A DNA stretch of 64,000 nucleotides from Candidatus Bathyarchaeia archaeon (GCA_050014495.1 JBEKDF010000007.1:31094-95093), one strand, 5' to 3'. Positions 1 to 10,205 are shown, counted from the stretch's first letter. Program-made: numbers and translations. The notes: generated by a model from the letters alone, not told the origin.

Positions 1-21
1 CCCAAGGCGCAAATTTATTGA

Positions 22-1275
22 ATGATCGATGTAAACGGAACATCCTATAAAGACAACTTGGACGAACCGGTGGTCATCGTATGCGTCGACGGCGGATCCC
101 CGGATTATATAGATAAAGCGATGAAGGAAGGATATGCACCAACATTCAAGAGATTCAAGGATGAGGGATTCTATTCTACCGCCAAGTCGATTATTCCAAG
201 CACCACAAACCCAAACAATATTGGCATCATAACGGGGGCTCTACCAGACGTCAACGGTGTACCAAGCAACTGGATATATGATAGGAAAAGCGGTGTAGAA
301 AGATCCCTTGAGTCACCCCGAGACCTGAGATGCAAAACGATCCTACAGGTATTCCACGAGAATGGCATCAGAGTCGCCTCAGTGACCACCAAGGATAAAC
401 TGAGACTCATGCTCGGCGAAGGATGGTATGGAATCAACATCTCAGCGGAGCTCGCCCATGGCAATGGTAAAATCGGATCGATCAAGGAAACCATAAAGAA
501 TGCTATGGATGCAAACAAAGGTAACATCACGGAAAAAACAGATCCATGGATGTACACTGAGGAGCCCTCCCACTACGCCTTAGAGCTCGCTATAGCAATA
601 ATGGAGTCAATAGGGCCATATACCCCTGATTTTCTCTACGTTTCACTCACAGATTATATTCCTCACAGATATGCCCCAGGCTCCAGTATGGCCAACTCAT
701 ACTTCAAGAGAATCGATAATTACCTCGGTACCTTGGATAGGCTGGGCTGCGTCATTGGGATAACTGCAGACCATGGCATGAATGACAAGTATAATGCGGA
801 TGGTAGTCCTCATGCCATATGGTTGGATGAGATTCTTGATAGGTCTGGAGTAAACAGACACTGGACGATCTTACCCATCACCGACAAATATGGTGCTCAC
901 CATGGCTCGCTGGGTGGAGTGGCCTGGGTATACCTAGACGAGGTGCAAAAAGCCATGGAGATACTATCGGAGATAGACGGCGTGGAAAAGATCATGGGTA
1001 GAGAGGAAGCCTCAAAAACATACAGTCTACCCGCGGAACTGATCGGTGACATAGTCGTTTTTGGAGATGAGAGAACCGTGTTTGGCACGGAGCAAAGAAG
1101 GCATAGCTCAGTGCCCATTTACCTGAGATCTCATGGGAGCCTCCACGAACAGGATGTACCATTTATTATAAACAAACCTCTAAATGAAAAATATAATAAG
1201 AGAACAATTCACGGCATAAGGAATTTCCAGATCTGCGACTACGCGATTAACGGAACTGACACTAATTTAAACTAA
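22..1275 (+). CDS. phnA: Phosphonoacetate hydrolase (alkaline phosphatase superfamily)
   Basis: Motifs VCVDG, TNPNN (nucleophile Thr), TDYIPHRYAPG, TADHGMNDK and LRSHGSLHEQ match PhnA. Confidence 0.88.
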   Translation: MIDVNGTSYKDNLDEPVVIVCVDGGSPDYIDKAMKEGYAPTFKRFKDEGFYSTAKSIIPSTTNPNNIGIITGALPDVNGVPSNWIYDRKSGVERSLESPRDLRCKTILQVFHENGIRVASVTTKDKLRLMLGEGWYGINISAELAHGNGKIGSIKETIKNAMDANKGNITEKTDPWMYTEEPSHYALELAIAIMESIGPYTPDFLYVSLTDYIPHRYAPGSSMANSYFKRIDNYLGTLDRLGCVIGITADHGMNDKYNADGSPHAIWLDEILDRSGVNRHWTILPITDKYGAHHGSLGGVAWVYLDEVQKAMEILSEIDGVEKIMGREEASKTYSLPAELIGDIVVFGDERTVFGTEQRRHSSVPIYLRSHGSLHEQDVPFIINKPLNEKYNKRTIHGIRNFQICDYAINGTDTNLN

Positions 1276-1376
1276 ATTATACATCAAAGGGCGGGACCAA
1301 TTTGAGAGCTGAACAGGTGACGGACCAAGCGTAAGGAAAAGACCAATGTTCGCTGATGCGTCAACGGAGTGTGTAT

Positions 1377-1392
1377 GGTGATAAGACTATGG
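1377..1392 (-). repeat. Dispersed repeat, short core fragment (GATAAGACTATGG)
   Basis: Same core as at 39241 and 41181; ends at GCGCGCGCACAC. Confidence 0.55.
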
Positions 1393-1436
1393 CGCGCGCA
1401 CACAAATTAATAATGGCAATTTTTGACTCGTTTGTG

Positions 1437-2735
1437 CTACTTCCTGTGGAGTTTCTCTGCTGCAATGAACGTAAGCCCATGCTGTGTGAGCATCTTCGCT
1501 GTTTGGTTTAGAGCTGCGTGTTTATCGAGGTAGTTTACGAGATACTTGGGCATCAGGCCCTTCTCCATGATATCCTTCTTTGGCGTAAAGTAGTTGAGTA
1601 TGTCTGAGGAATGTTCACGCTTTTTCTCGGTTTCAGGTAAACCGCCCTCATGTTTGGCGCTTATATTCTTTACATGGCCAGCCAAGGCAACAAGTTCGGT
1701 TTGCCGATTGTATGGTTGCCTGACTATGCTTCTATAGGCCTCCGTTACGTGGTGCTCGATGCGGACGATGTCTTCAAAGCCCCAGGGCTTACGTATCTGT
1801 GCGGTGAGTTCAATCGTCTCGTTATTCACGCTGTTTGATAGGTTGAAGCCGATGAGCGGGGTAGAACCATCGGATCTACTGAAGAGCTTCGCAGTCATCA
1901 GTGTCCACAATACGGAGTATGGGTTATCGATGCCTAGGAAGACGGAGATCTTGAACTCTATGTCTACTCCGAGCTTGTGCAGGAAATAACCCAGGAGCAC
2001 ACTGCCCATGTTTGTGTTCAGAGCCTGTTTAATGCCGTACATCGTGTAGTAGTGGAGGTATTCATCCACCCACTTCAAAGCAAGGTCGTTTGGCATCCCT
2101 ATGCCACCGAAGTAGCCAGTGATCGTCTCAGGTCCCCCAAGGTGCCTGTTTAACGGGGTGCCGTCGGGTCCGGGGATCATGCCCTTGGTATCTAGGGTCT
2201 CCACGAACGAGGCGCCGATGATCTGCATCGCTGCCTGTGTAGCGATGATGTCGTCGTCTTCCACCTGCTCCTTCATCGAGCGTACGCGTATGTATCGACT
2301 TGGCATGAGGTCCTGGTCGACTATGGATTTTTTCGCCTCCTCGATGAGCCATGGGAAGAAGTTTAATGCGCTGATTTCGAGCGTGACGGCGAAGGACTCG
2401 TCGAATTTCATCGACTCCGATTTTTCTCCTAAGATCCTCCGGCGGTAATCGGGGATGCTGACGAACGCGTTTTTATCGCGTTGTTTACTCAACCATTGTA
2501 GGTCCTTCAAAAAAGGCGAGTTCTTTTTTTCAAGCATGGAGAGGAGATTGTCTAGTTCCCCCGCCTTACGTGCTTTCTTGTTTATCTCTTCGACTCCGCC
2601 ATATTTGTCTACGATTTTTAACAGATCATTTATGAGGGAATTATCCTCTTGAAGTAAGAAATCGTTAATTTGTTTAAGGTTTTCTTCGTTTATCCGCAAT
2701 TTCTTTCGATCTTCCGCTCGATCTTTTGTCTTCAT
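1437..2735 (-). CDS. Conserved-looking hypothetical protein (432 aa)
   Basis: Long ORF with globular-protein composition; no motif I can assign. Confidence 0.8.
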   Translation of the reverse strand: MKTKDRAEDRKKLRINEENLKQINDFLLQEDNSLINDLLKIVDKYGGVEEINKKARKAGELDNLLSMLEKKNSPFLKDLQWLSKQRDKNAFVSIPDYRRRILGEKSESMKFDESFAVTLEISALNFFPWLIEEAKKSIVDQDLMPSRYIRVRSMKEQVEDDDIIATQAAMQIIGASFVETLDTKGMIPGPDGTPLNRHLGGPETITGYFGGIGMPNDLALKWVDEYLHYYTMYGIKQALNTNMGSVLLGYFLHKLGVDIEFKISVFLGIDNPYSVLWTLMTAKLFSRSDGSTPLIGFNLSNSVNNETIELTAQIRKPWGFEDIVRIEHHVTEAYRSIVRQPYNRQTELVALAGHVKNISAKHEGGLPETEKKREHSSDILNYFTPKKDIMEKGLMPKYLVNYLDKHAALNQTAKMLTQHGLTFIAAEKLHRK

Positions 2736-2819
2736 CTTTATCTAAAATACTCTACATCATAACCGCATAAGACTTTTTTTATTCGCGCGTGCTTTTGTTC
2801 AAGCCGTGCTACTAAACGG

Positions 2820-3428
2820 CTATGACGCCTCGATCACTTCCTCTAATCTAGCTATCGTGAGGTTGGTCAGAAAATTGATCCTCTCAACATCGAGATAGCT
2901 CTCTATATTTTCATCGTAGAATATCCTTGCATCTACGGGGAACTCAGCATCGGCTGATGACAGGACGAATGTCAAAGGGATGAGAGGTAAAGTGTTAATC
3001 TTAAAGGCGTAGTCGCCGTAGGGAAAGTCGACCCCTAAGCCACCTAGGAATTTGGCGGCTTCCCTAAGCCTCGTGTCACCGCCTGCATATAGAGTCAGAA
3101 GTTTCTCACGGGCTCCTATATTTGAGAAGTCTCCGAATCTCGCGCCTCTTAGGTTTCTATAGGCGATGAGTCTACCAGTCAACTCGACGCTCTGGGCCCC
3201 AGCATATCCAACAAGGATGTAATATGCGGTCCTAATCATGAAGCCTTGATGAGGGTCACTTGCATCGAGTTCCCTACTCTTGAGTAGATCAAGCAATTTT
3301 CCGTTGTTCAAGTTGACTCTGATATTTAAGAAATCAAGGTGTTCCCCTTCGGGGAATCCCAGTTTCCCTGCGAGAGTACGTATTTGGTCTCGAACATTGA
3401 TCCAGCTCCAGTTGCCAAGCTCTGACAT
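2820..3428 (-). CDS. DUF3786-family protein
   Basis: GRLIAYRNLRG...LPLIPLTFVL...DAEFP...IFYD pattern; start moved to ATG 3428. Confidence 0.75.
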   Translation of the reverse strand: MSELGNWSWINVRDQIRTLAGKLGFPEGEHLDFLNIRVNLNNGKLLDLLKSRELDASDPHQGFMIRTAYYILVGYAGAQSVELTGRLIAYRNLRGARFGDFSNIGAREKLLTLYAGGDTRLREAAKFLGGLGVDFPYGDYAFKINTLPLIPLTFVLSSADAEFPVDARIFYDENIESYLDVERINFLTNLTIARLEEVIEAS

Positions 3429-3580
3429 TGAGGACAACTCAATCAGATTCCAGATAAGCATTCTGAAGCATTTGGCGTATTGGGTGAAGCCCATTTTGTG
3501 GTATCGACTCTAGAGAGCGCGCATGTTTGCGTCAAATATCATGACTAAAGTCCTATTAAGAAGGAACGGAAAAATTGCCC

Positions 3581-3730
3581 ATGAAACCACACACAGATCC
3601 TAAGCCTGGCCTCTGCCTCTTCGCGTGGCGGTGCCTCAAGTACAGGCCTAACGCGGCGGCGTGCAATCGTGAAGGTGGGGGAGTCTTCTGCGGAGAATGG
3701 AGGAGATTCAACGGCGCACGCTCACATTAA
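3581..3730 (+). CDS. Unannotated 49-aa four-Cys microprotein
   Basis: MKPHTDPKPGLCLFAWRCLKYRPNAAACNREGGGVFCGEWRRFNGARSH*; TATTAAG about 27 nt upstream. Confidence 0.6.
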   Translation: MKPHTDPKPGLCLFAWRCLKYRPNAAACNREGGGVFCGEWRRFNGARSH

Positions 3731-3939
3731 ATGCCTCAGGTTCAATGGTCAGGTAGTATCTTGCATGCACGAACATAGTGTTAAGCAGGAAGTTTAGCAC
3801 GTCTAACTCCACGCGTTAGAGTTTCTTCAGCAGGGTGATGAGTGCATCAGTGATTAGGTAGCGTCCCATGTTTGTGCTTCACCCGCGAGCGAGATTAAAG
3901 AGGTATATACTTGAATGCATCAGGGAAAACTGAACAGAG

Positions 3940-4371
3940 ATGACGTTGGAATTTGTATTAGATTTCCAGAGGTGGGGTGGCGGTGAGCCGACTGCTGTCG
4001 GTGAAGGCTACAGCTGCACATACAAGGGAAGGTACTACTCAGTACTGTTCACCCGCGCCGGGATGTTTAGGGGCAACCACATACACCCTCATAGACAACA
4101 CACCCTGCTTATGGAGGGAAGAGGAAAATACGTCTTCAGGGAGAAGGATGGTACCGAGTCTGTGCACCGCCTCTCGGTTGGCAGTATACTCGATGTTGAG
4201 GCCGGGATCCCCCACATATTTCTCCCGGAGAGTGATTGCCTTACGGTAGAATGGTGGGAGGGCCCATTCGTGGCTGAAGAGTATGACTTCCCAAACTATA
4301 CGGCTAAGATCAAGAAGAAGATGGAGGAGTTCGACAGGATACACGCTGAACTCAAGAAATCAAAGAAATAG
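3940..4371 (+). CDS. Cupin-domain protein
   Basis: RGNHIHP...Q and GIPH cupin metal motifs. Confidence 0.8.
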   Translation: MTLEFVLDFQRWGGGEPTAVGEGYSCTYKGRYYSVLFTRAGMFRGNHIHPHRQHTLLMEGRGKYVFREKDGTESVHRLSVGSILDVEAGIPHIFLPESDCLTVEWWEGPFVAEEYDFPNYTAKIKKKMEEFDRIHAELKKSKK

Positions 4372-4507
4372 TCTGCGCGTGCAATATCTTCGTTTTTTTG
4401 GGGAATCACTGCTAGTCATGTGGCTTCTATACAAAGGAGGCAAAAGTTAAAACATGAGATTACCCGAGCATCTCTCTCATCAATTTATCCGAAGGTGAAT
4501 TAAATGA

Positions 4508-4696
4508 GTGAATCCAAAAAAAGTTGGACCAGAACTCATTGTGTTACAGCAAGAGGTTCAGAAATTAGTTCCATTCTGTCTATCCGACAATGTAATCGCA
4601 TTGAATCTGATGAGGGCCAGAGGAACGATTAAAGGAAAACGCACCGAGGATAGATCTTGGATCAGGTGGATCGAAGACAAGGAAGAAAGCAAATGA
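4508..4696 (+). pseudogene. Small winged-helix-like protein, internally deleted paralogue of 38258..38542
   Basis: Aligns to 38258..38542 (LQQEV..FCL.D.V.ALNLMR..GTIK.KR) but lacks about 14 aa. Confidence 0.55.
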
Positions 4697-4734
4697 AAAC
4701 TCACGCGAATTTATCCGTGTATAATGTAACTCGA

Positions 4735-5154
4735 TTACTCAACTTCGAAGACATGTGTACAGAGTTGGTCGCCTCTAGCACGAGATGTCTGAACACTCAT
4801 CTTGATGCCTGGCCTCACAGTTGACACAATTCCCTCCATCCAAGGCCATGCATAATTGGCGTCGAGCCAAGTCCACGGCAGGTTAAACGTTAAAGCACTA
4901 CGCATTATTACGCAGAAACCCCTATCTCTCTTAACAACTCTGCCATCCTCGACCATCGCAGATTGCTCACTCCTTACTGTACTCATTGCAGCGTTAAGGA
5001 TTTCAGCGACTGCCTCGAGGCCATCCCCTTTGATATTAAATTTTTGTTTTAATATTTGACCCGTCTCGCGTCCAATCTGGAAAGCTGCTCTCTTAGCTGC
5101 CTCTGGGTCACCTTGAAATCGCTCATAGAACTCCTTGGGAGTGGGCCAACTCAT
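4735..5154 (-). CDS. V4R/ATC-hydrolase-like small ligand-binding protein
   Basis: C-terminal ARGDQLC.HVFE and internal Cys pattern. Confidence 0.6.
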   Translation of the reverse strand: MSWPTPKEFYERFQGDPEAAKRAAFQIGRETGQILKQKFNIKGDGLEAVAEILNAAMSTVRSEQSAMVEDGRVVKRDRGFCVIMRSALTFNLPWTWLDANYAWPWMEGIVSTVRPGIKMSVQTSRARGDQLCTHVFEVE

Positions 5155-5355
5155 TTTTTACACAAATATTAGGTAGACCAGGAGGTTTATAATAGGTTTC
5201 ATGGACATCGCGCGCATGTACTCAGTTCATATTCAAATCGTTTGTGTTTGTTCGTCTGTTTTTGTCGCGCGCGCATATTTTCATTATATAATAGCCTGAG
5301 AATAAAAAACATAGATAATTTCAAATATACTTAAAGTGGTTTTCAAGGATTCGAA

Positions 5356-6579
5356 TTGGGTAGTGTTTCAGCGGATGTAAAGCGATACCGCTGGGTGGTT
5401 CTAGGGGTCACCTGGCTCACATACATGAGCGTCTACCTAATCAGAAACGCAGTGCCACCACTGTCGACCTTCATCGTATCTGATCTGAACCTCACTCGTT
5501 TCGACATAGGGTTACTCGCCTCAGCAGTAGCAGTGGGCTACCTAGTCGCACAGATACCTGCAGGTTGGCTCGTAGACGACTGGGGCGTCAGAAAAATGAT
5601 TCTACTGGGGACCGCCTTTGCGGGGGCGCTCGTCCTAGGTATGTACTTCGTGAACAACTACCCGACGGCGTACGTACTCCTCATAGTGGCGGGCTTCGGC
5701 TGCGGCGCATTCCCCACGGTGTCAACAAAGGCTCTGCTGACCTGGTTCCCCCCCAAGGAGCGAGGCACTACAATAGGAATTAACCAGACTGCCGTGAATG
5801 TTGGGGGGATAATCACAGCCGCGACCCTCCCCACAGTCGCGATACTATATGGGTGGCGCATCGGCTTCGTCGCAATTGGCGTTGTAACGATCCTAATCGC
5901 CATAATTGCGTACACCCTCTATCGTGATGCACCAAGCACCCTCGTGGACGTTGAACCCTCTAAGCCGAGGTCTAGGCCAAGTATAAAAGACTCAATCAAG
6001 CTTATGCTAGACCGTAATATCCTCCTCATCAGCATCTCGTGTATAGGACTCATGATGGTTCAGTTCGCCATGACGACCTATCTCATCATATACCTAACTG
6101 AGATCGTTGGCATCTCAGTGACCCTTGCAGGTGGCTTCCTCGCTATCGTGAATGCTGGCGGTGCCGTCGGTAAGCCCTTACTTGGTGCCATGAGTGATCG
6201 GCTCTTCGGTGGGAGCAGGAAGAAGCCTCTGCTGTTGGCGGCGGTGATGTCGTTCGGTTTATCAATTTTGATGCAGTTCATAGCAGCAAGTACACCCTAC
6301 ATCGTGCTCTCGGTGATCTTCGCATTGTTCGGGTTCTCCGCCCTCGGGTGGGGTGGGCTGAACTTTGTCCTGGTCTCCGAATATGCGGGGAGGGAGAATG
6401 CGGGTCTGGCGGTTGGCTACTCTAACATGATTGGGCTCATCGGGAACATTATTGGTCCTCCCATCTTTGGTTTAATTATCGACGCTACTGGTTCTTACTC
6501 GTGGGGATGGTGGTTCCTGACGGCTTCCGCATTGTTTTCGGTGGTTGGGTTTGCCTTTGTCCGTGAGGGGGGCAGGTAG
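5356..6579 (+). CDS. MFS transporter
   Basis: About 12 TM segments; GWLVDDWGVRK and GAMSDRLFGG motif-A loops; WFPPKERG. Confidence 0.93.
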   Translation: MGSVSADVKRYRWVVLGVTWLTYMSVYLIRNAVPPLSTFIVSDLNLTRFDIGLLASAVAVGYLVAQIPAGWLVDDWGVRKMILLGTAFAGALVLGMYFVNNYPTAYVLLIVAGFGCGAFPTVSTKALLTWFPPKERGTTIGINQTAVNVGGIITAATLPTVAILYGWRIGFVAIGVVTILIAIIAYTLYRDAPSTLVDVEPSKPRSRPSIKDSIKLMLDRNILLISISCIGLMMVQFAMTTYLIIYLTEIVGISVTLAGGFLAIVNAGGAVGKPLLGAMSDRLFGGSRKKPLLLAAVMSFGLSILMQFIAASTPYIVLSVIFALFGFSALGWGGLNFVLVSEYAGRENAGLAVGYSNMIGLIGNIIGPPIFGLIIDATGSYSWGWWFLTASALFSVVGFAFVREGGR

Positions 6580-6664
6580 GTTAAGGAGTCAGCTCTACAT
6601 TTTGAGAGATGTGTATAACGTTAACTCACCGAGGTAAAGAATGCGGGCGACTCGTGATCGGATC

Positions 6665-7438
6665 TCAGGGAACTGATTGGAGGTAGATCGAGCTTCCATA
6701 GATTGTCCCTATTGGACCTTCCTCGATCTCCAGATGAGGAGGCGTGGAGTCGAATGGAGGCGGGTTGGTGCCGGGAGCATAGGCGGAGGACGATATAACC
6801 AACTTGATGACGAGGGTTCCACCCGTTCTCAGGATCCCCGACGTTACATTTTGAGTGACTGTGAATCCCTTGGGCACCGCAGTTACCCTGACAGATATAG
6901 GCAGAGACGCATCGTACGATGGCCGAGCTGCGAACAACAGGATCACTTCACTAGCTTGACCCTGCTTGACCACGACAGGGAAATACGGATCATTAGCATA
7001 TGCAGGGACCGTGGTGATGGAGAAATCTGGCCCAGGAGCGGGTCCCTCCGAGCCTTCCTGGGCTAGCATCAGTTCACCAGTTGTGGCGTCCACAATGTAG
7101 CTGCCAAAGGTGTAGTTGGATAGGTAATCTATGAACCAGTATGGTTTTATGTCTCCAACTTGGGAGGTGGAGACGTAGATTCGACTGTGTGACCCCGATG
7201 TTATTAGGTAGTTAACCCAGTTTATCGGCATGTACCGAAGCTCAACACTTTGAAGCCATTTGTCCTTGATGATGGTTTTCTCAGGGTCCACCTTGGCGCT
7301 CGTTTTAACGACGTTTATCGCCTGCTCTCGCGTCAATATGAGATCGGCGGGTACATTCTGTAATAAGATCATAAATCCAGTGAAGGCTAGAAGACAGGAG
7401 ATTAACGCTGTTAAAGCGGTCCTTGAGCCAGGTGACAT
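6665..7438 (-). CDS. Membrane-anchored/secreted hypothetical protein (PepSY-like and Ig-like segments)
   Basis: N-terminal hydrophobic anchor, IVDATTGEL motif, beta-rich C-terminus. Confidence 0.65.
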   Translation of the reverse strand: MSPGSRTALTALISCLLAFTGFMILLQNVPADLILTREQAINVVKTSAKVDPEKTIIKDKWLQSVELRYMPINWVNYLITSGSHSRIYVSTSQVGDIKPYWFIDYLSNYTFGSYIVDATTGELMLAQEGSEGPAPGPDFSITTVPAYANDPYFPVVVKQGQASEVILLFAARPSYDASLPISVRVTAVPKGFTVTQNVTSGILRTGGTLVIKLVISSSAYAPGTNPPPFDSTPPHLEIEEGPIGTIYGSSIYLQSVP

Positions 7439-7585
7439 TATTACATCCTCTTCGATTCTAAAGACTTAATACTAATCATTAGAGCAGGAATATTTTTTCT
7501 AGATTTCATCTTTTCCAGATCCCTTCCATGGAAACATTACCCGAAGACAATCCTTTTTATCCCTCCACAGTCGACCTATTTCGAG

Positions 7586-7927
7586 TTGATCAGCTCAAAG
7601 ATCAGGATCAAGGTCCAGTCCGTCAAGTCGGTGAAGGACATGGAGGGGAGGGAGTGCTTCCAGATCGACTTCGTGGAGGTCAGGCAGCGCCCACCGATGA
7701 TGATGATGACTAACCCCGATGTCCCCGAGGAGATAGGGCAGATGGTTATGCAGGTCACTAAGAGCTTCCAGAGCGTAATGCCCGGCATGGGGAAGGACTA
7801 TGAGCAGATGAAGCTCACACTTGTCCTGACTGGGGAGGAGCTCGAGAGCTTCCGTCTCAAGCCCTACCCGAATATTCTCTATGAGTTAACGATAACCGAT
7901 GGTTCTCTTAGCTTCGCTGAGGAGTAA
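7586..7927 (+). CDS. Arcadin-1 homologue
   Basis: 113 aa; FQIDFVE..RPP, LTLVLTGEELESF, YELTITDGSLSF resemble Pyrobaculum arcadin-1 as I recall it. Confidence 0.7.
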   Translation: MISSKIRIKVQSVKSVKDMEGRECFQIDFVEVRQRPPMMMMTNPDVPEEIGQMVMQVTKSFQSVMPGMGKDYEQMKLTLVLTGEELESFRLKPYPNILYELTITDGSLSFAEE

Positions 7928-7979
7928 CTGGGGAACGGGTTAAATTTAGCCCCGCTCGATTCTCATCAAGTGATTCAGC

Positions 7980-8321
7980 TTGTCCTTGGATGACCTACAG
8001 TATGTTGACTGGGACAGTCGGGTTATGAAGTCTGAGAAGCCGGTCATAGTTGAGTTCTGGCACCAGTCATGCCCCACCTGCAAGAAGATTGAACCCGTTG
8101 TGCAGGGGCTTCCACAGAAGCTGGGTGACAGGGCGAAGCTGCTCCGATTCAACGTCATGGAGAACAGGGAGGCGCGTCGCTTCGCCATAGACAAGGGGGT
8201 CATTGGGACACCCACTTTCAAGATCTACTGCAAGGGAATCGAAAAGGAGGAGGTCGTTGGTCTGGAGACCACCGCGAACCTCCTCGAGACCATCGAGAAC
8301 ATCATCAAGGACTGCCAATGA
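7980..8321 (+). CDS. trxA: Thioredoxin-family protein
   Basis: VIVEFW...CPTC and GTPTF cis-Pro motif. Confidence 0.88.
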   Translation: MSLDDLQYVDWDSRVMKSEKPVIVEFWHQSCPTCKKIEPVVQGLPQKLGDRAKLLRFNVMENREARRFAIDKGVIGTPTFKIYCKGIEKEEVVGLETTANLLETIENIIKDCQ

Positions 8322-8334
8322 GGCTATACCTCAC

Positions 8335-9252
8335 TTGTACGATGTAATAATTTTGGGCTCGGGGCCAAGCGGCTTAACAGCCGCCATATACGCAGCTCGA
8401 GCTAAACTAAAAACGCTCGTTTTAATCGGTCCAATGGTTGGAGGCCAAATAGCTCTGACCCACCAGGTCGACAACTACCCTGGATTCCCCGATGGACTCA
8501 CAGGACCTGAGCTGACGGATAGATTCAAGGCCCACGCGGAGAAGTTTGGGGCAGAGTTCCTCGACGCCGAGGCAACTGGAGTCGATTTCGGTTCCTCGCC
8601 ATACAAGGTGTGGGTCGGCGAGAAGCTCCTCGAAGCGAGTTCGATCATTTTAGCGACTGGGATGACTCATAAGAGACTTGGGGTCCCTGGGGAAGACCGT
8701 CTATTCGGCAGGGGGGTCTTCGTCTGCGCGACCTGCGACGCGTTGCTATACGAGGATAAGAAGGCTGTTGTAGTCGGTGGAGGCGACTCCGCTGTTCAGG
8801 AGGCGATAGATCTGGCGAAGTTCGCGTCTGAGGTGACAATCGTCCACAGGAGAGATGAGCTTCGGGCTTGCAGATGCCTCGTCGACAAGGCGGTGAGTGA
8901 GCCAAAGATAAAGTTCCTCTACAGCACAGTTGTTGAGGAGATCATTGGGGAGAAACGTGTACAACAGGTGAAGCTCAGGGACCTCAAGACGGGGGCGATT
9001 AGCGTCATAGCCTCGGATGGCGTCCTCCTAGCCATTGGATGGGACCCTAATACCGGGATATATAGAGGACAGTTGGATATGGATGAGTCTGGGTACCTCG
9101 AGACATTCGGGGTCAAAACCAAGAAGCCGGGCGTATTCGTCGCTGGGGATCTCATGGATAAGGACTACCGTCAGGTGGTGACGAGTTGCGGCAGTGGCTG
9201 CGCTGCAGCCCTCGAAGCTTCTCACTGGCTCGAGGTTCAGCATAATCTTTGA
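8335..9252 (+). CDS. trxB: Thioredoxin reductase
   Basis: GSGPSG, CATCD, GGGDSA, HRRDELRA, GVFVAGD; likely start TTG 8335. Confidence 0.93.
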   Translation: MYDVIILGSGPSGLTAAIYAARAKLKTLVLIGPMVGGQIALTHQVDNYPGFPDGLTGPELTDRFKAHAEKFGAEFLDAEATGVDFGSSPYKVWVGEKLLEASSIILATGMTHKRLGVPGEDRLFGRGVFVCATCDALLYEDKKAVVVGGGDSAVQEAIDLAKFASEVTIVHRRDELRACRCLVDKAVSEPKIKFLYSTVVEEIIGEKRVQQVKLRDLKTGAISVIASDGVLLAIGWDPNTGIYRGQLDMDESGYLETFGVKTKKPGVFVAGDLMDKDYRQVVTSCGSGCAAALEASHWLEVQHNL

Positions 9253-9290
9253 GGTGTTTAGTTCATGGTGCCCATCCTGAGCCAACGGAG

Positions 9291-10205
9291 TTGGCAGAGT
9301 TGAAGGTTGTCTTCCTCGGGACAAGCGGGAGCATGCCATCGCCCGAGAGGAATTCGTCGTGTGTCGCCGTGAAGATTGGGAGGGGTGTCATCCTTCTAGA
9401 CTGCGGAGAGGGGAGCCAGCGTCAGATGGTCGTCGCACACTTAGGCTTCAGCAGGGTTAAGCAGATATTCATAACTCACCTCCATGGCGACCACGTCCTT
9501 GGGGTCCCCGGCCTGCTTCAGTCGATGAATCTCCAGAGGAGGGAGGAGCACCTCGACATATATGGCCCCAGGGGGACCTACGCCTTCCTGCAGGGGTTCT
9601 CCGATACTCTTGGTGGCCCCGCTTTTCCAATAACCGTCCATGAGATAGTTGAACCCGGGGTAGTGCACGAGGGGCATTCCTATAGTGTTGAGGCCTGCAG
9701 GGGTGATCATAGACTCGAGTCTTGGGTCTACTCCATAATTGAGAAACCGAGGCCTGGCAAGTTTCACCCGGAGAAGGCTCAGACTCTCGGTGTTCCTAAG
9801 GGGGGACTCTGGAAGCGGCTCCAGGACGGGGAGGACGTCGAGGTTGCTGGGAAGATCATTAAGTCGCTGGATGTGGCCGATGCTCCCCGATATGGGAGGG
9901 TCATAGTATACACCGGGGATACGAGGCCGAGTGAGGAGGTTGTGAGGCTTGCCTCTGGTGCGGATCTGTTGATACATGAGGCCACGTTCGCTGATGACTT
10001 GGTTGAGCGTGCTAAGCTGGATGGGCACTCGACGCCTAGCCAAGCTGCGGGCGTCGCATCGAGGGCGGGGGTAAAGAGACTGATTCTGACGCACATCAGT
10101 AGCCGATACGGAGACGTCGCTCCTCTGCTTGAGGCGGCGGTGAAGGTATTCCCAGAGACCACTGTGGCGAGCGACTTCCTTGAGGTTGATGTACCCCGCG
10201 CATAA
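9291..10205 (+). CDS. rnz: Ribonuclease Z
   Basis: FLGTSG, DCGEG, THLHGDH, exosite KPRPGKF, HEAT, HST, THIS; likely start TTG 9291. Confidence 0.95.
   Translation: MAELKVVFLGTSGSMPSPERNSSCVAVKIGRGVILLDCGEGSQRQMVVAHLGFSRVKQIFITHLHGDHVLGVPGLLQSMNLQRREEHLDIYGPRGTYAFLQGFSDTLGGPAFPITVHEIVEPGVVHEGHSYSVEACRGDHRLESWVYSIIEKPRPGKFHPEKAQTLGVPKGGLWKRLQDGEDVEVAGKIIKSLDVADAPRYGRVIVYTGDTRPSEEVVRLASGADLLIHEATFADDLVERAKLDGHSTPSQAAGVASRAGVKRLILTHISSRYGDVAPLLEAAVKVFPETTVASDFLEVDVPRA

Noticed and set aside
3731..3869. Possible minus-strand gene relic (MGRYLITDAL..*RVELDVLNF)
   Set aside because: Internal TAA and no recognisable family.
9441..10094. Long antisense or alternate-frame ORFs (also 16262-16954, 34837-35337, 49872-50324, 61027-61494)
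   Set aside because: Shadows of well-supported genes with no motifs of their own.
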